The notes under the pieces: model-generated
The model's input: the letters and a program-made list of their open reading frames with translations, nothing else
The model's database searches: none
What the model was told of the DNA's origin: nothing
Position numbers and translations under genes: made by a program
Shown: piece after piece, positions 19,156-26,681 of the stretch
Layout of the letters: each line of letters begins with the position of its first letter
Numbering within the stretch: the first letter of the stretch is position 1
DNA from: an uncultured Candidatus Saccharibacteria bacterium
GTDB taxonomy: Bacteria; Patescibacteriota; Minisyncoccia; Phycocordibacterales; DSPV01
Assembly: GCA_964617735.1 (NCBI GenBank)
Contig: CAZTXT010000001.1
Location: 138,338-202,337, forward strand
Direction: 5' to 3'
DNA length: 64,000 bases

Positions 19156-19238
19156 AGGACAAGAACGATGTCTTTTAGCTTGTGGAAATGGATCGGAATA
19201 GTCCGAGACGGGGAGTGTTTCTAAGTAACCTGATTCAC

Positions 19239-19625
19239 GTGGAAAATATCAACCACATCGACGTTGGTAAAAAAGGAGAAGAGATCGCCTGCCGATATCT
19301 CAAGAGCAAAGGGCATCACATTGTCGAACGAAACTTTCGTAAAAAATTCGGAGAGATAGATATCGTCAGTCGAAAAGGAAATAAGGTTTATATTTGTGAA
19401 GTCAAAACATTCGCGTATGATGGTCGAAATGGCGCGGGATCGCATCGGCCGGAAGACAATGTGACGCCATGGAAGTTGAAAAAACTTTCGCGGGTCGTTC
19501 AGATTTATCTGGTAAAAAAGTTCGGTACAGAATTTCCTGAATGGGAATTTTTAGTCGCTTCGGTGGTGTTGGATATGGAAAGGAGGATCGCGAGAATAAA
19601 GATCATCGCTGACGTGCTGGCATAA
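19239..19625 (+). CDS. yraN: YraN/UPF0102 family PD-(D/E)xK nuclease
   Basis: GKKGEEIACRYL...ERNFRKKFGEIDIV...CEVK. Start codon uncertain (GTG 19239 chosen). Confidence 0.9.
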   Translation: MENINHIDVGKKGEEIACRYLKSKGHHIVERNFRKKFGEIDIVSRKGNKVYICEVKTFAYDGRNGAGSHRPEDNVTPWKLKKLSRVVQIYLVKKFGTEFPEWEFLVASVVLDMERRIARIKIIADVLA

Positions 19626-19668
19626 GCTGCACGCAGCGAGGACTATCGATGAGGAGGATTTGTTGCAA

Positions 19669-19739
19669 CGGGCTGTAGTATAGCGGTAGTATATGTGCTT
19701 TGGGAGCATAAGGTCCGGGTTCGACTCCCGGCAGCCCGA
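19669..19739 (+). tRNA. tRNA-Pro(TGG), CCA not encoded
   Basis: Acceptor CGGGCTG/CAGCCCG; TGTGC-TT TGG GA-GCATA; CCGGG-TTCGACT-CCCGG. Confidence 0.93.
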
Positions 19740-19842
19740 GCGTTAGAGAGGGATGAGCGAGCAATGGGAGTTGCTCGCAACGGGAGGCGAAGCCCGATTG
19801 AGTTCCGCCGAAGGTGGACCAATCAGGGTACTGAACCGGTAC

Positions 19843-19862
19843 GGTTCGACTCCCGGTAGCCC
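19843..19862 (+). repeat. Direct repeat of the tRNA-Pro 3' end (att-like)
   Basis: GGTTCGACTCCCGGTAGCCC versus GGTTCGACTCCCGGCAGCCC at 19718-19737 (19/20 identical). Confidence 0.8.
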
Positions 19863-20309
19863 AAGAGGCGCAGTGAGCGATTTTTAGCGAAAGAGATCGT
19901 CACCAAAATTCTAAGATTTCTGCAACGTAGTGTTGCTGCCACGGTGAGCGCTAGGCACGAATGGAGAGAAAAATATTTTGTGTTGTTTACGCGGCATGGA
20001 ACGTGGGAGGATGTCAGTGTTGCAACCACTCGTGCACTAGAAAAGTTTAGGGGAGAATCGGGCAAATACTGACTGCGCGTATCGGAGCACTCGCCCCTAT
20101 ACGCTGGTTTCGTTTCTGGAGGGCAGGTCAAAGGGTGTTGGGTAATACTGAAGAGATAATCGTGGGGATTTAGAGAAGAAACCATAGCTCATGCAAGTAC
20201 CGTGCCTATAGAGAACGATTCTTATTTGAGTGAACACCTTCTGTCGACCTTAGAACCTTCCGTAGACCTTAAAAAAGAGTAGTATGGTAGCAATCAAATC
20301 AAAAAACGT

Positions 20310-20918
20310 ATGAGACCGGAACGGGCACTTCGTCAGCTTAATGAGTTGAGAACATTGGGAAATACTATGCGTCTCGCCGCGGATGGCTGGAAAGAGCCAT
20401 GGCAGACGCTTATCGCCATTATCATGTCTGCGCGAACGCGCGACGAAGTGACTATTGCAGTGAGCGAGAGGCTTTTTAAGCGATATCCGACCGTGGAGCG
20501 GCTTGCGCGCGCGAGTCGGGGAGTGATCGAGAAGATCATCCGGCCGGTGAACTTCTACCGCAACAAAGCGAAATCGGTCCTCAACTGTGCGCGATCGCTT
20601 GTCACAAATCATCACGGGCGACCACCTGAGACCGTCGAAGAGCTTGTTTTGCTTCCCGGTGTGGGCCGTAAAACAGCGAATGTTTTTTTGACGGCGAGAG
20701 GGTATGATGCAATCGGAGTCGACACGCACGTTGCATACATTTCCCGAGAGCTTGGTTGGACGAAAAATCGCGATCCACACAAGATCGAAAAAGATCTTGA
20801 AGCGCTGTTTCCTCAACATATCTGGAAAGATGTGAACACGACTTGTGTGCAGTTCGGCAAAACGCATTTGAGTAGGAAAAAGAAAAAAGCGTTGTTGATG
20901 CGTATCCGTTCCCTTTAA
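20310..20918 (+). CDS. nth: Endonuclease III (HhH-GPD), lacking the Fe-S motif
   Basis: LIAIIMSARTRD, LPGVGRKTA, GVDTHV; no C-terminal Cys cluster. Confidence 0.88.
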   Translation: MRPERALRQLNELRTLGNTMRLAADGWKEPWQTLIAIIMSARTRDEVTIAVSERLFKRYPTVERLARASRGVIEKIIRPVNFYRNKAKSVLNCARSLVTNHHGRPPETVEELVLLPGVGRKTANVFLTARGYDAIGVDTHVAYISRELGWTKNRDPHKIEKDLEALFPQHIWKDVNTTCVQFGKTHLSRKKKKALLMRIRSL

Positions 20919-20926
20919 ATCATCGC

Positions 20927-21754
20927 ATGCAGTTATCTACTGATACAGTTCAAAAGTTTCAGGATACGATCGCGGCGCACTATCGATTGCGCGGGCGGGT
21001 TTTTCCGTGGAGGAACACGCGCGACCCATATCACATTTTGGTTTCCGAAATCATGTTACAGCAAACTCAAGCGGATCGCGTCGTTCCGTTCTTTGAGCGA
21101 TTCATAAAACTTTTTCCTACGGTGGCCTCGCTGGCCAAAGCGAAACCGCGCACACTCCTGCGCGCGTGGCAAGGACTTGGTTATAATCGCCGCGCGCTCT
21201 ATCTCAAGCGCGCGGCTGAAGCGATACGCACAGAATTCTCTTCCATAGTTCCCCGCACAGTGCACGAATTAGAATCTCTGCCGGGGGTGGGGAAGTACAC
21301 CGCCGCTGCAGTCATGGCATTCGCGTACAGTGCGCCGGTCGCATTTATCGAAACGAATATCCGCAGCGTCTATCTCCATTTCTTTTTTAAAAATAAAAGA
21401 TCGGTCAGTGATCGTGCTATTCTCTCGCTCGTCGAGCAAACGCTTGACCGGAAGAATCCCGGCGTCTGGTATCAAGCGCTCATGGATTATGGCGCTCTTC
21501 TTAAAAAAGAGAGCGGCAATCCGAACCAAAGAAGCAAGCACTACGTCAAACAGGGCGTATTCAAGGGTTCTCGACGTCATGTACGCGGGCGCATCATCTC
21601 GTCTGCGCTCGCCGGTCCCTTGACGGCGCTTGAGATGCGGAAGTTACGAGCAGAGCATGCATTTTCTTCGACTCAAGTGGAGCAGGCGATCGCAGACCTT
21701 GTCGCCGAAGGATTTCTGCGGCGCAAAGGCGCTTCATTCGTCCTCTCCGAATGA
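20927..21754 (+). CDS. mutY: A/G-specific adenine glycosylase MutY-like, lacking the Fe-S motif
   Basis: FPWR, DPYHILVSEIMLQQTQ, WQGLGYNRRA, LPGVGKYTA, QALMDYGA. Confidence 0.88.
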   Translation: MQLSTDTVQKFQDTIAAHYRLRGRVFPWRNTRDPYHILVSEIMLQQTQADRVVPFFERFIKLFPTVASLAKAKPRTLLRAWQGLGYNRRALYLKRAAEAIRTEFSSIVPRTVHELESLPGVGKYTAAAVMAFAYSAPVAFIETNIRSVYLHFFFKNKRSVSDRAILSLVEQTLDRKNPGVWYQALMDYGALLKKESGNPNQRSKHYVKQGVFKGSRRHVRGRIISSALAGPLTALEMRKLRAEHAFSSTQVEQAIADLVAEGFLRRKGASFVLSE

Positions 21755-22035
21755 GCCGTCGATTCAAAAAAACTGTCGAACAATTCTCTTGCGAGCATTG
21801 CGGCGCGTTGGTGGAAGGGAATGGATTCACCAATCACTGCCCAATGTGCCTCTACAGCAAGCACAGCGATATCTTCCCCGGTGATCGGGCAAATCCGTGC
21901 GGGGGATTGATGGAGCCGATCAGCCTTGCGCTTAAACGCGACGCATATATCATTACCCATCGCTGTATGAAATGCGGGCAGGAGAAGAGGAATCGTGCAA
22001 GCGAGACCGACCATATTGAGATTTTGCTTCGCTGA
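21751..22035 (+). CDS. RNHCP domain zinc-binding protein
   Basis: FSCEHCG...TNHCPMCLYSKH..PGDRANPCGG...HRCMKCG. Confidence 0.88.
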   Translation: MSRRFKKTVEQFSCEHCGALVEGNGFTNHCPMCLYSKHSDIFPGDRANPCGGLMEPISLALKRDAYIITHRCMKCGQEKRNRASETDHIEILLR

Positions 22036-22061
22036 TTTTCTTCAGGTATAGTAGCGGGGTT

Positions 22062-22132
22062 GCGGGTGTGGTTTAGTGGTAGGACGACTGCCTTCCAAGC
22101 AGTAGGCGCGAGTTCGATTCTCGCCACCCGCA
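22062..22132 (+). tRNA. tRNA-Gly(TCC), CCA not encoded
   Basis: Acceptor GCGGGTG/CACCCGC; ACTGC-CT TCC AA-GCAGT; TTCGATT loop. Confidence 0.95.
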
Positions 22133-22133
22133 T

Positions 22134-22712
22134 CTAAAATCTCTGGAGTTTTTTGCGTAGGTATTTGCCGACCAGATGTTCGGCGAATCCCGCGATGAGG
22201 ATTATGACGACGAGCCCGACCTCGGCGATCCTGATGTAGTGTCGCAGGAGGACGAACGAAGCAGAGAAGCCGATGCCCAATGCCGCGATGATAATGAACC
22301 AGAATCCGCCAGCAATAGCATCCATCCGGATGAATTGCCGGGGCGTGATGCGCAGCTGATGCATGCGGATGAGTATGAATCGGTGGAGAAAGTAAGCGAA
22401 CTTCGATATCGAGAGGGTTGCGAAGGGCCTTTGAACAATCGCCCGATCGATGAACGGCACCATCTGAGTAATTTTGCGGTGAGGGAGAAATGGCTCGATA
22501 TATCCGCCCAGGTAGTACCAGCCGATATCTCCGATCCACATGCCGGCAAGGGCGGTGACAATAACTAGTCGAAGATCGAGGTAGCCCAGTTCGGCAGAAA
22601 AAATTCCCGCGAGGAGCGCTACTTCGCCTTCCACAGCCATACCTACGAAGAGCACAGAGTAGGCCAGCAGCGGCACCTCGATGAGTTTGTTAAGAATTAT
22701 TGATTCCCACAT
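22134..22712 (-). CDS. DedA family membrane protein
   Basis: LFVGMAVEGEVALLAG, GMWIGDIGWYYLG; hydrophobic profile. Confidence 0.85.
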   Translation of the reverse strand: MWESIILNKLIEVPLLAYSVLFVGMAVEGEVALLAGIFSAELGYLDLRLVIVTALAGMWIGDIGWYYLGGYIEPFLPHRKITQMVPFIDRAIVQRPFATLSISKFAYFLHRFILIRMHQLRITPRQFIRMDAIAGGFWFIIIAALGIGFSASFVLLRHYIRIAEVGLVVIILIAGFAEHLVGKYLRKKLQRF

Positions 22713-22761
22713 CTCTGTTCACGATATCAGACCATTATAGAACGTAATCAGGTGAAGCAAA

Positions 22762-22796
22762 ACACAAAACCCCTGCGAAAGCAGGGGTTTTGTGTA
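22762..22796 (-). terminator. Terminator downstream of hup
   Basis: ACACAAAACCCCTGC-GAAA-GCAGGGGTTTTGTGT. Confidence 0.85.
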
Positions 22797-22812
22797 AATG
22801 GGAATCAAGAGT

Positions 22813-23085
22813 TTATTTAACCGCGTCTTTGAGGGCCTTAGCCGCGCGGAACTTCGGCACTTTCATCGCCGGTACCGAGATGGTCTCGCCGGTTCGCGGA
22901 TTGCGCGCCTGTCGGGCCGCGCGTGCCTTGACCGAAAAGATACCCAAGCCCGCGATCGATACCTCGTCACCCTTCTTTAGGGTGCTGACAACAGAATCGA
23001 TCACTGCATCAACCGCCTGTTCAGCCTGCACTTTTGTGCCGCCGATCTTCGCATGGACTGCCTCTGCAATTCCTTGCTTGTTCAT
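22813..23085 (-). CDS. hup: DNA-binding protein HU
   Basis: MNKQGIA...GLGIFSVKARAARQARNPRTGE...PKFRAAKALKDAV. Confidence 0.96.
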   Translation of the reverse strand: MNKQGIAEAVHAKIGGTKVQAEQAVDAVIDSVVSTLKKGDEVSIAGLGIFSVKARAARQARNPRTGETISVPAMKVPKFRAAKALKDAVK

Positions 23086-23363
23086 GGTTGTCTTGTTGAT
23101 ATTAAGCTCGTCGACCCTCAAATGCGTGGATTTCGCGTGAAAACCATCGCCTTGTTTCGGAAACAATTATATAACAGGCCATTTTTTAGGCAACACGATC
23201 AACCGAAGCCTCAAATACAGAAACAATCCCGCTCTTCTGTCAATTTTTTCGACCTTCAGGCGATCGTCGCGCGGTTTTTGTGTGGATTATGTCGCAGAAA
23301 TTAGCGTTCGGTCATGGTATAGTGGTTTTAAGAATCATTTTCATAGAAGATTTCATTCGTTTC

Positions 23364-26300
23364 ATGCATCAGATTCCCCGTGTGGTTCGCCTCGTGCTTC
23401 TAACGCTTTTCCTTGCAAGCGGGATTTTAGGTCTTTTCTCTGTAGCACATGCGGATTGTACCCCTACCTATGACAACTATCTATCCTATGCCCCTCCGCC
23501 GTTTCTACCTCGGCCAATGGCAGCTGGCGTATTCAATGAAACCCTTCGCAATTACAATATGGGCGTTGATGGGTATAGCCGCTACCCCGCTTCCTCATTT
23601 CCCTTGGGGCTATTCGACAGCGCCTTAATAGTAGATTCAAGCGGAAGTTTGGGGTACACCTACGTAGATGGTTTTGGAGTGAGCAATGCCAAATACCGAA
23701 GCACCTGCGGCAGCACCAGCATCAGCATTTCTATTCCTGGCTTCCCCAATACCGTCATTGCAGGCGGGCCGACTATCGTTAACGGCTATTCGACGATTTC
23801 GCAATACATAGACAACAATTTCCGTGATACAGGATCTGACATACAATCACACGCGGGTCTAAATTCCCTCTATGCGATTCCGCAGAACTTCCATTTTTCT
23901 GATGATCCGGTGGTCCAGAATCGCTATGTAGACGGCATCATAGACTATATCCAAGCTAACCATTCTTTTCCGGTAGATATTTCATTTACCCCGGATCCTG
24001 ATTCGACGCCGCCGGAAAGCTATCGCTATACCCGCCATGTCGACGTTCCCGCAACGCTTTGCCCGCATACAGCCCTCATCGCGGTCGGAGGTATTTTCTC
24101 GAAAACAACAGACCCTTTTTTCTCGTTCATGCGTAGTATTTGTCCTGACTCAACCATAAGCATCGCGGGTAATGAGAGCGTTCCGAAGATAACCAAGCGT
24201 ATCAAGGAAGCGATAAACGCTCAGCTTCAGGCAGGAAAAGGCGTCTTGGTGGTTGCACACTCAAAAGGTGCCGTCATCGCCTACAATATTCAGAGCTATG
24301 TCTCGGGAAGAGATGTGAGCTTCATATATATCGATCCGCCCTATGCGAATTTTTGGAGCGGTTTGCCGTTTGCATCAAAGTTCAGTAGTACTGGCGCGGC
24401 AATTAAACTTGCAGCTGAAAGTGGTATTGCCACGGACCTACGCACGATAAATTGGACAAATGGCGCGGGTAGCGGTAAGTCCCATGATCCGTGGTCGTAT
24501 CCCGGGTATGGAAATAACGCGCTGCATCTTAAGGATTTGCGTCGAAAGATAATCCTTACGATCGCAGCAGGGGGCTGTACTGATGCAATCTGTTCTCTTA
24601 CCCCTGGAGCCGCAGTGCCTCCGCTCGATGCGCCTCCTACCATCAATTCGATATCGGCGACGCCGGTTATGCCGGGAGATACCATTACCATCGGGGGATC
24701 GGGTTTCAGCACGACTACGAACGGTTTCTTTATTGAAAATGTCGCTGATCCAAGTATTCACTATGACATTCTCTCCTATCAAATGCCGAGTCCCGGGGTA
24801 GTCACTTTTCAAGTTCCTTTTGCCCCTGAATTTCCTTCCGACACCGTTTTCGGAATGTATCGGGTGAAAGTCAACGCGGCGAACAGTGAATTTTCCAATG
24901 AACTGCAGTTCCCCATAGGATCGCTCACCTCGGCTTCGCCGTCCTTGACCTCGGCTTCGCCGAACTGGGCAGCCCCTGGCTCCTCCTTCTCGCTTTTAGG
25001 GTCGGGTTTTGTGTTGCTCAATAACTCCGTAAAGCTCACCAATGCCGCGCTTGGCGATGATTTTGTTGTCTCCAACATTCCAAGCGACAGCACTCAAACG
25101 CGAATAACCGTTACACTTCCGCCCACCATCCCGCGGGGAACCTACAGTCTTCAGGCCCGCTATCCCTATGCAGACTGGTCTACCGCCCTCTCCTTCACTA
25201 TCGCGAGCACCGCACCGCCCTTGATCAATGCGCTCACTCCGCCGACCGCCGCTCCCGGCGGTAGCGTGGAGCTTGAGGGCCGCAACCTCAAGGCAGGAAC
25301 TGTGGTCACTCTTTCTCATACCGGTTCCTCATCGGTGTTGCTTACCGGAAGCTCGTATAGCGGCGGTAAATACTATGAGATCACTTTGCCGACCACGCTC
25401 ACTCCCGGAGTCTATCAAGTCACTGCGAGCACCAGTGGGGGAGGCACGAGCAATACGCTCAATCTAACCGTCGTTGGCCTTCCGACCCTATCAGTCTCCG
25501 CCGTACCGCTCTTCGTCGCGGGCGGAGACATTTCCACCATTTCGTGGAGCTCCTTCAACGCCGACTCATGCCAAGTGTCCATCAATGGCAACGTCGGAGC
25601 GGTACCCCTCTCCGGCACCGCCACGATCAATCCCTACAGCACGGTCACCCTAACCTTCGCCTGCACCGGTATCGGCGGAACGACAACCCGAAGCGTCACC
25701 ATCACGGTTGTACCTCCGCCGACTATTACGCTCACCGCAAATCCGCTCTCGGTCGCACCGGGCGGGAGCTCCAAGCTCACCTGGAATGCTACTGACGCTA
25801 CTAGCTGCACTATGGCTGCAACCGGAGGCGTCACGGGAGGCTATCCGACCGGCTCTGTCTCTTCGTCCGGCTCGGATACCACCGGCGCCCTCTCGAGCAA
25901 TGCAACCTTCACTCTCTCCTGCTCTGGTATCGGAGGCAAAACCAGTGGCTCTCTCACCATCCTCGTCAGCAATAACCCCTCTCCCGTACCCACGGCACCC
26001 ACCGTTCTCTCACCCAACGGCGGCGAGATATGGGTCAAGGGAGCCACCCAGACCATTCGCTGGAGCACGTCCGGCACAGTAACCGACCTCTATCTTCTGC
26101 AGGGCACGACGACCTACCCTATCGCGACTACGCTAGCCGGCAGTGCCTACTCATGGCTTGTGGGCACCGCGCAGAGCGCCTCCGTTGACAAGGGGTATTA
26201 CAGCATCAAGGCCTGTCAGAGTGGCACGACCCTCTGTGATGTCAGTGACGCACCCTTCGCGATGCGCTCGCCGTCGCCGTTTTCAATCGGGAATCGGGTG

Positions 26301-26615
26301 CAGACGATCGATGACGTATCCATTCTCGCCGATCCCGGAGGTGCAGTGCTGGGCGCCCAACCACTCGGCTCCGCTGGCACCGTCATCGACGGCCCCGTCG
26401 CCATCTATGGACAGCCCAACTACCTCAAGATTGATTTCGATACCGGCATTGATGGCTGGATACCAGAAACGTTTCTGGCAAAGTCCTTGAGCACGGGATT
26501 TCATATCCAGAAAACCCGGGCGATCACCACCCGACGATCAGTATCCGGATGGTATCTGGCCGCAGTCGCACAAGCAGTGCGGTTTCTGGCGCAGCGCTTG
26601 CCTCTCGGGCAGTAG
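23364..26615 (+). CDS. Large secreted protein: alpha/beta-hydrolase-like domain, IPT/TIG and Ig-like repeats, SH3-like C-terminus
   Basis: Signal peptide ending AHA; VLVVAHSKGA nucleophile elbow; three IPT-like units (P.I.S....PG..I.I.G.GF); SPNGGEIWVKG..QTIRW; C-terminal FSIGNRVQT...GTVIDGP...IDFDTGIDGW. Confidence 0.8.
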   Translation: MHQIPRVVRLVLLTLFLASGILGLFSVAHADCTPTYDNYLSYAPPPFLPRPMAAGVFNETLRNYNMGVDGYSRYPASSFPLGLFDSALIVDSSGSLGYTYVDGFGVSNAKYRSTCGSTSISISIPGFPNTVIAGGPTIVNGYSTISQYIDNNFRDTGSDIQSHAGLNSLYAIPQNFHFSDDPVVQNRYVDGIIDYIQANHSFPVDISFTPDPDSTPPESYRYTRHVDVPATLCPHTALIAVGGIFSKTTDPFFSFMRSICPDSTISIAGNESVPKITKRIKEAINAQLQAGKGVLVVAHSKGAVIAYNIQSYVSGRDVSFIYIDPPYANFWSGLPFASKFSSTGAAIKLAAESGIATDLRTINWTNGAGSGKSHDPWSYPGYGNNALHLKDLRRKIILTIAAGGCTDAICSLTPGAAVPPLDAPPTINSISATPVMPGDTITIGGSGFSTTTNGFFIENVADPSIHYDILSYQMPSPGVVTFQVPFAPEFPSDTVFGMYRVKVNAANSEFSNELQFPIGSLTSASPSLTSASPNWAAPGSSFSLLGSGFVLLNNSVKLTNAALGDDFVVSNIPSDSTQTRITVTLPPTIPRGTYSLQARYPYADWSTALSFTIASTAPPLINALTPPTAAPGGSVELEGRNLKAGTVVTLSHTGSSSVLLTGSSYSGGKYYEITLPTTLTPGVYQVTASTSGGGTSNTLNLTVVGLPTLSVSAVPLFVAGGDISTISWSSFNADSCQVSINGNVGAVPLSGTATINPYSTVTLTFACTGIGGTTTRSVTITVVPPPTITLTANPLSVAPGGSSKLTWNATDATSCTMAATGGVTGGYPTGSVSSSGSDTTGALSSNATFTLSCSGIGGKTSGSLTILVSNNPSPVPTAPTVLSPNGGEIWVKGATQTIRWSTSGTVTDLYLLQGTTTYPIATTLAGSAYSWLVGTAQSASVDKGYYSIKACQSGTTLCDVSDAPFAMRSPSPFSIGNRVQTIDDVSILADPGGAVLGAQPLGSAGTVIDGPVAIYGQPNYLKIDFDTGIDGWIPETFLAKSLSTGFHIQKTRAITTRRSVSGWYLAAVAQAVRFLAQRLPLGQ

Positions 26616-26628
26616 GGTCGATTTTTCC

Positions 26629-26666
26629 AATTTAAAACTCCTGCTTACAAGCAGGAGTTTTAAATT
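26629..26666. terminator. Bidirectional terminator
   Basis: 18-bp arms AATTTAAAACTCCTGCTT / AAGCAGGAGTTTTAAATT between convergent genes. Confidence 0.85.
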
Positions 26667-26681
26667 TAGATGGTGAGAATG

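Larger units (their letters stand above)
16965..19177. repeat. Cluster of the 9-mer TAAAGGACA/TGTCCTTTA (8 perfect copies, 2 with one mismatch)
   Basis: Perfect copies start at 16965, 16987, 16998, 18304, 18328, 18346, 19070, 19153; variants at 18313 and 19169. Confidence 0.85.
17179..19246. promoter_or_regulatory. Four parS-like palindromes
   Basis: AGTTTCACATGAAATT (17179), GTTTTCACGGGAAACA (17761), TCTTTCACGTGAAACT (18120) and TGATTCACGTGGAAAA (19231) match the consensus TGTTTCACGTGAAACA at 12-14 of 16 positions. Confidence 0.55.

Noticed and set aside
16960-19180. Repeats as a CRISPR array
   Set aside because: Units are only 9 bp, irregularly spaced and in both orientations, with no cas genes.
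19823-20300. ORF 19823-20185 (-) and a start-less plus-strand frame
   Set aside because: No recognisable motifs or expression signals, and it overlaps the tRNA repeat. Left as unexplained intergenic DNA.
24927-24962. 15-bp direct repeat ACCTCGGCTTCGCCG
   Set aside because: A small in-frame duplication (LTSASP twice) in a linker with no wider pattern.
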